From positions 1-55,540 of the forward strand of contig JAZNSV010000044.1 of NCBI GenBank assembly GCA_045591485.1: a stretch of DNA of 55,540 nt, written 5' to 3'. A model generated the notes under the pieces. It was not told the DNA's origin, did no database searches, and worked only from the letters and a program-made list of their open reading frames with translations. Positions 17,514 through 25,273 of this stretch are shown here, piece after piece (the first letter of the stretch is position 1; the number at the start of each line of letters is the position of its first letter). The translations under genes were made by a program, and so were the position numbers. Origin of the DNA: Bacteroidales bacterium. GTDB lineage: Bacteria > Bacteroidota > Bacteroidia > Bacteroidales > P3.

Positions 17514-18134
17514 CTATTCGGCATTGATGTCGAATACGATGCTGATGCTGTGGCTCTCTGCATTTCTGGGATAAAGTTCTTCTGTCATGACGGGGAGGAC
17601 GACCAAGAAGCGATGGCCCGCGTGAATGGTGAAGGACTGAGCATCGTAGGGGTCGTAGAACATATTGTCGCGGATGGAATAGAGGGTGCTTGAATGTGTT
17701 AATGCGTTAGTGTGTGAATGTGTTAATGCGTTAGTGTCCAGAATGCGGAACTCCACCATATCGTCGCTGCCGATGGTGTTATTGTATATAAATTCGGGCT
17801 TTCCGCCGGTATATGATAAGCCGCCACGTTGCAGGGTTATGCTTTTGCCTGCAGGGGCGGTGCCTTCAAGCATGATGAATGTGTTCTTCACGGGTTTTCC
17901 GTATTCCCCGATGAGGTTTTCCGATTCCACTCGGTCGACCTTCACGGTGCCGCGATTGCTTGATGCCGTCAGCTGCATGGTGCTGTCGTGGTCGGCGGCG
18001 AAGCTGACCGTGTAGTCGATGGTGTATTCCATTTTGCCGTCATTGTCCCAGTCGGGAGTGTTTTTCGGGTTCTGGCTGCAGCTGGCCAGCGCCATCAGTG
18101 TGGCAAATGCTATGAATATGACCTTGTTACTCAT
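17514..18134 (-). CDS. hypothetical lipoprotein
   Basis: Lipobox MSNKVIFIAFATLMALASC. The -7 box lies 27 nt upstream. The gene contains a perfect 24-bp tandem duplication. Confidence 0.6.
   Translation of the reverse strand: MSNKVIFIAFATLMALASCSQNPKNTPDWDNDGKMEYTIDYTVSFAADHDSTMQLTASSNRGTVKVDRVESENLIGEYGKPVKNTFIMLEGTAPAGKSITLQRGGLSYTGGKPEFIYNNTIGSDDMVEFRILDTNALTHSHTNALTHSSTLYSIRDNMFYDPYDAQSFTIHAGHRFLVVLPVMTEELYPRNAESHSISIVFDINAE
17691..17738. repeat. 24-bp tandem duplication (tgaatgtgttaatgcgttagtgtg x2, last base differs) inside a CDS
   Basis: The two adjacent 24-bp copies are identical except for the last base. They encode the peptide NALTHSHTNALTHS on the minus strand. A related word occurs at 8304-8343. 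Confidence 0.85.
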
Positions 18135-18160
18135 ACAACAGTCCGTTACTAATGATGCTG

Positions 18161-18168
18161 CAAAGATA
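18161..18168 (-). promoter_or_regulatory. -7 box (CAAAGATA on the + strand)
   Basis: Upstream of the lipoprotein ATG at 18134. Confidence 0.5.
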
Positions 18169-18243
18169 CGAAATAATCTTCTGTTTTGTTGCAACAAAAA
18201 CAATAATTAGTGGGAAAGTGCGTTTCTTTCGGTAAGAATTGAT

Positions 18244-19302
18244 TTGATTATGAAACGGATACTTATGATGACAATGTTTGCGGCTCTCCTTTGCGGCTGT
18301 GGAAACGGACAGAATAAAAGTGCGGTGAATACCGTTATGGTGAACGAGTTTGCCGAGATTATGCGCCGGAACGACGTGCGCCTCATTGACGTGCGCACAC
18401 CCAATGAATTTGCCGAAGGACACCTCTTCGGAGCGGAGAATATCGACGTGAAGGACTCGCTCTTTGCGGAGCGCATCAAAGGCATCGAAGGCGAGGTGGC
18501 CGTATATTGCCGTGGCGGACGTCGCAGCCTCAAGGCAGCGGAGATGTTAGCAAAGCAGTGCGGCAAGGTCTACAACCTCGACGGCGGCATTCTCGCCTGG
18601 CAAAAGGCCGGCAAGCCCACGACTACCGTGGAGACCGACGTCTTCGTCACCCACATGGATTACGGCCTTGTCAGAATCCACGCCCTGCTGCATGCCAGCA
18701 TCTGCATCGAGCACGACGGACGGGTGATATATGTCGACCCCGTCACACAACTGCGCGGCCGCACAGTGGACTACAGCACGATGCCCAAGGCCGACATCAT
18801 CCTTGTCACCCATGAGCATCCCGACCACTACGACACCGCCGCCCTCCGTCAGCTCACCACTGACAAGACACAACTCATCATGAATCCGCGCTGCGTGGAA
18901 CTCTACGGCAGCGGCCAGGCCATGAAGAATGGCGACAAACAGCCGTTGGCCGGCGGCGGCGCCCTTGTGGCCGTGCCGGCCTACAACACCACCTCCGAGC
19001 ACCTGCAGTTCCACCCCAAGGGGCGCGACAACGGCTATATCCTCATCCTTGACGGCCTGTACATATACATCGCCGGTGACACCGAGGACATTCCCGAGAT
19101 GGCCGACCTCAAGGAGATCGGCATCGACATCGCCTTCCTGCCCTGCAACCAACCCTTCACCATGACCCCGGACCAGCTCGTGCATGCCGCCAAGATGGTG
19201 AATCCCAAGGTACTTTTCCCCTACCATTACGGCGAGACCGACGTCAGCGGCATCCCCGTCCAACTGCCCGGCACCGACGTCCGCATACGCCATTACGAGT
19301 AG
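18244..19302 (+). CDS. rhodanese domain fused to an MBL-fold metallo-hydrolase; lipoprotein
   Basis: Lipobox LLCGC. The rhodanese active-site region is VAVYCRGGRRS and the MBL motif is VTHEHPDHYD. Confidence 0.8.
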   Translation: MIMKRILMMTMFAALLCGCGNGQNKSAVNTVMVNEFAEIMRRNDVRLIDVRTPNEFAEGHLFGAENIDVKDSLFAERIKGIEGEVAVYCRGGRRSLKAAEMLAKQCGKVYNLDGGILAWQKAGKPTTTVETDVFVTHMDYGLVRIHALLHASICIEHDGRVIYVDPVTQLRGRTVDYSTMPKADIILVTHEHPDHYDTAALRQLTTDKTQLIMNPRCVELYGSGQAMKNGDKQPLAGGGALVAVPAYNTTSEHLQFHPKGRDNGYILILDGLYIYIAGDTEDIPEMADLKEIGIDIAFLPCNQPFTMTPDQLVHAAKMVNPKVLFPYHYGETDVSGIPVQLPGTDVRIRHYE

Positions 19303-19307
19303 GAACC

Positions 19308-20258
19308 ATGTATATCGCTTTTGCCCCACTGCAAGGCTACACCGACGCCGTCTACCGACAGGCGCACCACGAGTGCGTCGGCGGGGTGGACGAGTACTAT
19401 ACGCCCTTCGTCAGAATAGAGCATGGCGAGGTGAGAAAGAAAGACCTGCGCGACACCGACCCCGGGCGCAACGCCGGGGTGCCGACGGTGCCGCAGGTGA
19501 TTGCGCGGGATACGGAAGAGTTTGCACGGCTGTGCGACGCGCTGCAGGGGCAGGGATGGCGGCGCATAGACCTCAATATGGGGTGCCCATTTCCGATGCA
19601 GGTGCGTGCGGGTCGTGGAAGCGGACTGCTGCAGCATCCAGACAAGATAGAAGAAATACAAAGAGAGATGCTGCGGAGGAAGGAGGTGGTCTTCTCGGTG
19701 AAGATGCGCACCGGGTGGGAAAGTGTCGACGAAGGGCTTTCATGCATGAATATCATCAACGCTATGCCGCTGGTGCACGTCACGCTGCATCCGAGGCTGG
19801 GACGGCAGCAGTACAAAGGAATACCGGACATGGAGGCGTTCCGGCGCTTCTGCGAGGCGTGCCGACACCCCATGGTGTACAACGGCGACATCGTGCAAGA
19901 GGAAAATGGGAAGTGGAAAGTAGGAAGTGGGGCTGATGCGGTTGATTTATCCCAAACAAAAGGGGTGATGATTGGGCGGGGACTGCTGGCACGGCCATGG
20001 ATAACGGCATGTGCAGGCGGGACGCCTGCGTACCAGGAAGAGGCAGGCGGGACGCCTGCGTACCAAGTGCTGCGTTCAATGCACGAAAGAATCTACCGCC
20101 ACGCAGTGGAAACCCTCTGCGGCGACAGCCAAGTGCTTTCACGGCTGCATGCCTTCTGGGAATACATGGATATACCGCACAAGCAGAAGAAAGCCATAAT
20201 GAAAGCCACCACCCTGACCTGTTACCGTGAAGCGGTGGCAGTGGTCTTCAAGAGATAA
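19308..20258 (+). CDS. tRNA-dihydrouridine synthase family protein
   Basis: The Dus pattern is IDLNMGCP...SVKMR...NGDI...GVMIGRG. The gene carries in-frame repeat insertions at 19901-19932 and 20013-20065. Confidence 0.85.
   Translation: MYIAFAPLQGYTDAVYRQAHHECVGGVDEYYTPFVRIEHGEVRKKDLRDTDPGRNAGVPTVPQVIARDTEEFARLCDALQGQGWRRIDLNMGCPFPMQVRAGRGSGLLQHPDKIEEIQREMLRRKEVVFSVKMRTGWESVDEGLSCMNIINAMPLVHVTLHPRLGRQQYKGIPDMEAFRRFCEACRHPMVYNGDIVQEENGKWKVGSGADAVDLSQTKGVMIGRGLLARPWITACAGGTPAYQEEAGGTPAYQVLRSMHERIYRHAVETLCGDSQVLSRLHAFWEYMDIPHKQKKAIMKATTLTCYREAVAVVFKR
20013..20065. repeat. two tandem P1 hairpin elements (GCAGGCGGGACGCCTGCGTACCA) inside the dus CDS
   Basis: Two 23-nt copies 30 bp apart, translated as AGGTPAYQEEAGGTPAYQ. 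Confidence 0.85.
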
Positions 20259-20264
20259 AACCAT

Positions 20265-20735
20265 TCAGTAGTTCACCCTGTCGGTCTTCTTCTCCCACAG
20301 GTGGAAGCTCTCCTGCGCTTCCTCGCGCAGCAGTGGGCGGATGGGGAGGCGGCGCGCTTCGAGGGGGCGCGCCAGCTCTTCGTAGATGAAGTCGTCGGCG
20401 AAGCCGATGGCCGCCGCGTCCTTGCGGTTGTTGCCGTAGAAAATCTGCTTGATGCCGGCCCAATAGATGGCACCGAGGCACATGGGGCAGGGTTCGCAGG
20501 AGGTGTAGATGGTGCAGCCGGAGAGGTGGAAGGTGCCGAGCCGGCGGCAGGCTTCGCGGATGGCGCTGACCTCGGCGTGGGCCGTGGGGTCGTTCAGTAT
20601 GGTGACGCTGTTGGAGCCTTCGGCGATGATGACGCCGTCTTTGACGATGACGGCGCCGAAGGGGCCGCCGCCGCGCCGCACGCTCTCGTCGGCCAGCGCG
20701 ATGGCCCGGCGCATGAATGTTTTGTCTTGTTCCAT
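20265..20735 (-). CDS. CDA-superfamily nucleoside deaminase, guanine-deaminase (GuaD)-like
   Basis: GGPFGAVIVKDG, NDPTAHAEV, CEPCPMCLGAIYWA and DAAAIGFADDFIYEE. The start is taken at the ATG at 20735 (MEQDKTF). Confidence 0.85.
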   Translation of the reverse strand: MEQDKTFMRRAIALADESVRRGGGPFGAVIVKDGVIIAEGSNSVTILNDPTAHAEVSAIREACRRLGTFHLSGCTIYTSCEPCPMCLGAIYWAGIKQIFYGNNRKDAAAIGFADDFIYEELARPLEARRLPIRPLLREEAQESFHLWEKKTDRVNY

Positions 20736-20836
20736 TTTTGCTCCTTTTGATGTGTGGCAGACCACCGTCGTGGGGTGTGCCGACAGGCTGATAATGAGGT
20801 ACTTCTTAGTTGTTCTACCGACGTGGTATATGTCGG

Positions 20837-20844
20837 CAAAGATA
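20837..20844 (-). promoter_or_regulatory. -7 box (CAAAGATA on the + strand)
   Basis: About 100 nt upstream of the deaminase ATG. Confidence 0.4.
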
Positions 20845-20904
20845 CGAAATGTTTCCGTATTTCCGGGTGCTTTTTCCAATGCGCTGATATTCAGGTTTTC
20901 TATT

Positions 20905-21023
20905 GCACCTCTTCTGCCGTTGTACGATACATGTACGATATATGTACGATACTTGTACGATTAGCAATCGTACAAGTATCGTACATATATCGTACATGTA
21001 TCGTACAACGGCAGAAGGGGTGC
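20905..21023. repeat. 119-bp near-perfect palindrome, 4+4 phased 11-bp units (WTGTACGATAY); variant family member
   Basis: Same architecture as 44-155 and 39539-39650, but every unit reads GTACGATA instead of CAACGATA. It lies between the divergent deaminase and mnmA genes. Confidence 0.85.
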
Positions 21024-21092
21024 TGTGCCGGAGCAATATATTTTTATGGCGGCGGGCAATAAATCGGGCGGGTGCGCGTTAAGAAGGATACT

Positions 21093-22334
21093 ATGAATGT
21101 TGCAGCATTGGTATCTGGAGGAGTTGACAGCTCGGTGGCGGTGCACCTGCTTAAGGAGCAGGGTATTACGCCCGACATCTATTATATCCGCATCGGGATG
21201 GAGCAGGAGGACGGTTTCATAGACTGTCCGGCCGAAGAGGACATCGAAATCACGCAGTGGATAGCGCATCACTATGGCTGCCGTTTCGAGGAGGTGAACC
21301 TGCACCGCGAGTATTGGGACAACGTGGTGAGCTACACTATCGAGAGTGTGCGGCGGGGACTGACGCCGAATCCGGACGTGATGTGCAACCGGCTGATCAA
21401 GTTCGGCGCTTTTGTGGAGAAGAGGGGCAAGGACTATGACCGCGTTGCGACGGGGCACTATGCCCGCACTGTGCAAGTGGAAAGTGGAAAGTGGAAAGTG
21501 GGAAGTGGAAAGTGGAAAGTGGAAAGCGGAAAGTCGGCTGACGCGTCAAATACTAACGCAATCAAGCAATCAAGCAATGAAACAATGACCGACGTGCTAC
21601 CCACTACCCACTACCCGCTACCCACTAAAAAGCAATCAAGCAATCCAGCAATCAGCAATCGCTCTGTTTTCCTGGCCACGGCGAAGGACCCGGTGAAGGA
21701 TCAGACCGATTTTCTGTCGCAGCTGGAATACGGCCAGATAGAGCGTCTGATGTTTCCGATAGGACACCTGATGAAGAGCGAGGTGAGGGCGATAGCGTCG
21801 TCGGCCCACCTGCCGAGTGCGGACCGCAAGGACTCGCAGGGTATCTGCTTTCTGGGCAAGATTAACTACAACGATTTTCTGCGGCGCTACCTGGGCGAGC
21901 GCGAGGGGGAGATAGTGGAGCTGGAGACGGGCCGCGTGCTGGGGAAGCACCGGGGCTACTGGTTCCATACGATAGGGCAGCGCAAGGGCCTCTACCTCAG
22001 CGGCGGACCGTGGTTTGTGGTGCGCAAGGACATAGAGGAGAACGTGCTCTACGTCAGCCAGGGCTACGATCCTGCGGCGGCTCACGGCAAAGAGATCTCG
22101 CTTATGGGATTCCGCTACCTGAGCGCTCCGATATGGGGCGAGCGACCGGACACAGAGGTGCGGTTCAAGATAAGGCACACGCCCGAGTTCCACCCCGGAC
22201 GGCTGCACCCGACCGACGACGGCCTGATGCGCATCAGCAGCAAAGAGCCGATACAGGGCATCGCCGCAGGCCAGTATGCCACCATCTACGACAAAGAAGC
22301 GCATCTGGTGGTGGCCACGGGGATGATTGTTTGA
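21093..22334 (+). CDS. mnmA: tRNA 2-thiouridine(34) synthase MnmA
   Basis: PP-loop SGGVDSS and ATGHYAR, with conserved C-terminal domains. The start is taken at the ATG at 21093. The gene contains an in-frame low-complexity insertion of about 190 nt. Confidence 0.9.
   Translation: MNVAALVSGGVDSSVAVHLLKEQGITPDIYYIRIGMEQEDGFIDCPAEEDIEITQWIAHHYGCRFEEVNLHREYWDNVVSYTIESVRRGLTPNPDVMCNRLIKFGAFVEKRGKDYDRVATGHYARTVQVESGKWKVGSGKWKVESGKSADASNTNAIKQSSNETMTDVLPTTHYPLPTKKQSSNPAISNRSVFLATAKDPVKDQTDFLSQLEYGQIERLMFPIGHLMKSEVRAIASSAHLPSADRKDSQGICFLGKINYNDFLRRYLGEREGEIVELETGRVLGKHRGYWFHTIGQRKGLYLSGGPWFVVRKDIEENVLYVSQGYDPAAAHGKEISLMGFRYLSAPIWGERPDTEVRFKIRHTPEFHPGRLHPTDDGLMRISSKEPIQGIAAGQYATIYDKEAHLVVATGMIV
21476..21662. 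repeat. composite simple-repeat/hairpin element inserted in frame in mnmA
   Basis: G/A/T-only arm (GTGGAAA)n at 21476-21535. C/A/T-only arm CTACCCACTACCCACTACCCGCTACCCACTA at 21597-21627. CAAGCAAT-type runs at 21556-21590 and 21628-21662. Confidence 0.8.
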
Positions 22335-22377
22335 TTGTTTGAATGTTTGAATGCTTGAATGTTTGAATGCGTGAATG
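22323..22377. repeat. degenerate 7-nt tandem repeat (TTGAATG / TTGATTG)
   Basis: gattgtttgattgtttgaatgtttgaatgcttgaatgtttgaatgcgtgaatg spans the mnmA stop codon to the next start codon. Confidence 0.8.
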
Positions 22378-23862
22378 AAGATAAGTATGAAACGACATAT
22401 ACAATGGGTTTTTGTGATGGCGCTGATGGCCGCGGGGCAGTGGTCGGCGGCCAATGGGCAGGTGGCGGCGGTGTCGCCGCTGGACTATGGTCTGCGCGAG
22501 GCCACGACGGGCATCGGACGCTATTATGCCCTCTACAACGCCCACAGCGAGGCGCGGGACCGGGGCTTGACGGTGAGCTACGCCGGCATCGATAGCATAG
22601 ACATCGAGCTGCCGCCGGCCTGGCGGGCGCTGCCCCTGGCGGCGCAGACCGATTTTGGCGGGCTGGTGCTCACGGTGACCAACCGCTACCGCCATGGTGC
22701 CCTCTTCAGCATGACTAACCAAGGGCGCGAGGTGCAGATGGACAAGGCGATGGTCGACGGGCTGGATTTCGGCTCGGTGCCCGAGTTGGCCGAAGGCTGC
22801 CACCTGCTGGTGCTGAGCGACAAGACCCCGTGGACCGAGCGCCAGGGCTATGGCTACAAGGCCTACCGCAAGGATGTGATCGTGGTGGTCGACGGACGCG
22901 GACAGAACAGTCCGGTGGCCCCTTGGGGCACCGAGGCCACCGACCTCAAGGCCACGGTATACGATGTAGACACGACGCAGAAGGTGTTTCGCAACCTGAC
23001 AATGCACCGCACCAAGGAGAGCACCTACAAGACATACTGCCTCAGCGTCAGCGGACAGCTCAACGTGCTGATAGACCATGTATACGTGACCACACCCAAG
23101 AGCAAGATGATTGCCGACGGCGTGTTCAGCATCGCCAACAGCGCCTTTGTCCACTTTGCCGACGACACGGTGCACGGCACCTACAGCGGCTATGGCAGCT
23201 CGCGCGACTACGGCTACGCCTTCTCGCTCAACAACCTCTACGCCACCCGCTTCGACCGCACCGAGGCCAGCGGCAACTGGGGTGTTTTCGGCACCAACAA
23301 CCTGAACGACACACGGCTGGAAGACTGCAGCATAGACCGCTTCGACATACACTGCTACGGGCGCGACGCCTACCTGAAGCGCTGCACGCTGAAGGGACGG
23401 CAGACCACGGTTACCTCGTTCTACGGCACCGTGGTGCTCGACTCGTGCCGGATGACGGACTATACGCCGGTGGCGGTGCGTGCCAGCTACAACGCCTATC
23501 CGCCCTTCGACGCGGTGATACTCGACTGCACCTTCGAGCTGACGAGGCGTCAGCATGCGCTGGTCTGCGTCAACCTGGAGGACACGGCGACGAATCCGCG
23601 CCAGGAGCTGACAGAGAAATGCTGGCCCAACCTGACGGTGGAGCGGCTGACGGTGGTGGCGCCGTGGACGGTGCGCCGCCTCGATGTGTTCAAGCCCAAC
23701 GGCAACGAGCGCTGTCTGGACCGCGAATACGGCCACCTGGAGCAGGTTAGCATCAAGGGGCTGCGGACTGTGCGGCCCGGCGGACGCGAGGTGAAACTGC
23801 CCGTGCGCCTTTCGCCGAAGCCATTCAAAACGAAAAAAGAACTGAAATACACGATAGACTGA
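22375..23862 (+). CDS. hypothetical secreted protein
   Basis: 495-aa ORF with an N-terminal signal-like segment (WVFVMALMAAGQWSAA). I recognised no family. The start is ambiguous (22375 or 22387). Confidence 0.55.
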   Translation: MKISMKRHIQWVFVMALMAAGQWSAANGQVAAVSPLDYGLREATTGIGRYYALYNAHSEARDRGLTVSYAGIDSIDIELPPAWRALPLAAQTDFGGLVLTVTNRYRHGALFSMTNQGREVQMDKAMVDGLDFGSVPELAEGCHLLVLSDKTPWTERQGYGYKAYRKDVIVVVDGRGQNSPVAPWGTEATDLKATVYDVDTTQKVFRNLTMHRTKESTYKTYCLSVSGQLNVLIDHVYVTTPKSKMIADGVFSIANSAFVHFADDTVHGTYSGYGSSRDYGYAFSLNNLYATRFDRTEASGNWGVFGTNNLNDTRLEDCSIDRFDIHCYGRDAYLKRCTLKGRQTTVTSFYGTVVLDSCRMTDYTPVAVRASYNAYPPFDAVILDCTFELTRRQHALVCVNLEDTATNPRQELTEKCWPNLTVERLTVVAPWTVRRLDVFKPNGNERCLDREYGHLEQVSIKGLRTVRPGGREVKLPVRLSPKPFKTKKELKYTID

Positions 23863-24605
23863 TGCAACTCTTCTACTGTAAAGACATAGCCCCCGGGGCG
23901 TTGGCCACACTTGACGCCGAAGAGAGCCGCCATGCGGTGCGCGTGCTGCGCAAGCGTGCGGGCGACGAGGTCGACGTCACCGACGGACGCGGCGGACTGT
24001 ACCGCTGCACGGTGGTCGAGGCCGACGAACGCGGTTGCTGTGTAGAGACGCTGCGTACCGCGTCTGGTAACTATAACGAAGAAATGCAGACGCGGCATGC
24101 CGCGTCTCTACAGTTGGCGGTGGCTCCGACCAAGAATCCGGCGCGCATGGAGTGGCTGGTGGAGAAGGCCGTAGAGGTCGGGGTGGGGGAGATTACCCTT
24201 TTGCAGTGTGACCACTCGGAGCGCAGCTTCCTGAAGACCGACCGCCTGGAGCGCGTGGCGCTGAGCGCCATGAAGCAGAGTCTGCACCTCTGGCTGCCGG
24301 CGATAAACCCCGCGGTGCCGCTGCGCGAATGGCTTTCCGGGTACGACTTCCGGCCATCGGCACAAAAACTGATAGCCCACTGCGAGGCCGACAAGCCGCG
24401 CACTCCGATAGCCGATGCGCTTGTGGCCGGACGCGACGCCGTGGTGCTCATAGGTCCCGAAGGCGACTTTTCGGAAGACGAGATTGCCCTTGCCCTCGAA
24501 GCCGGATTCCAGCCTGTGAGCCTCGGACCAAGCCGGCTGCGCACCGAGACGGCCGCCGTGTATGCAGCCTGCGCTTTCAGCCTGATAAACGATTGTAGAC
24601 GATGA
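23862..24605 (+). CDS. rsmE: 16S rRNA (uracil1498-N3)-methyltransferase RsmE
   Basis: The RsmE pattern is EESRHAVRVLR...KMEWLVEKAVEVGV...IGPEGDFS...RLRTETA. It overlaps the upstream stop codon by 1 nt. Confidence 0.85.
   Translation: MQLFYCKDIAPGALATLDAEESRHAVRVLRKRAGDEVDVTDGRGGLYRCTVVEADERGCCVETLRTASGNYNEEMQTRHAASLQLAVAPTKNPARMEWLVEKAVEVGVGEITLLQCDHSERSFLKTDRLERVALSAMKQSLHLWLPAINPAVPLREWLSGYDFRPSAQKLIAHCEADKPRTPIADALVAGRDAVVLIGPEGDFSEDEIALALEAGFQPVSLGPSRLRTETAAVYAACAFSLINDCRR
24084..24113. repeat. 30-nt element with a perfect 20-nt palindrome AGACGCGGCATGCCGCGTCT (family P2) inside rsmE
   Basis: atgcagacgcggcatgccgcgtctctacag. A second copy at 55191-55220 has one substitution. Confidence 0.85.
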
Positions 24606-25252
24606 AGAAATACCTGCTCATATTATTGCTTTCCGCCTTCGGCATTCCGCTCGTGGCTCAGCCGCAGCTGGCGTTGCTGCGCTATGGCGGCGGTGGCGAC
24701 TGGTATGCCAATCCGACGTCGCTCACCAATCTCATTGCTTTCTGCAACCAGGACCAGCAGATGGGGCTCAACCCGCAGTACGCCACCGTCGATGTGGGCA
24801 GCGCCGAGATATTCAACTATCCGATGCTGCACATGACCGGCCACGGCAACGTGGTGTTCAGCGACCACGATGCGCAGAACCTGCGCCAGTATCTGATTGG
24901 CGGCGGTTTCCTGCATATAGACGACAACTATGGGTTGCGCGAGTTTGTGGAGCCGCAGATGAAGAAGGTGTTTCCCGAACTGGAGTGGGTGGAGCTGCCG
25001 TTCAGCCACCCCATCTATCACCAGAAATACGACTTTGCCAACGGTCTGCCCAAGATACACGAACACGACAACAAGCCGCCCAAGGGCTTCGGCCTCATCT
25101 ACGAGGGGAGGCTGGTGTGCTTCTTCACGTGGGAGTGCGACCTCGGCGACGGATGGGAAGACCCCGATGTGCACAACGACAGCCAGGCCACACGCCAGAA
25201 GGCGCTGCGCATGGGGTCGAACATAGTAAGATACGTATTTACAGAACAATAA
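24602..25252 (+). CDS. DUF4159 domain protein
   Basis: LLRYGGGGDWYANPTS...MTGHGN...GGFLHIDDNYG is the family-typical pattern. The start overlaps the rsmE stop codon. Confidence 0.75.
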   Translation: MKKYLLILLLSAFGIPLVAQPQLALLRYGGGGDWYANPTSLTNLIAFCNQDQQMGLNPQYATVDVGSAEIFNYPMLHMTGHGNVVFSDHDAQNLRQYLIGGGFLHIDDNYGLREFVEPQMKKVFPELEWVELPFSHPIYHQKYDFANGLPKIHEHDNKPPKGFGLIYEGRLVCFFTWECDLGDGWEDPDVHNDSQATRQKALRMGSNIVRYVFTEQ

Positions 25253-25273
25253 AACCAATAAATAGACATTATT

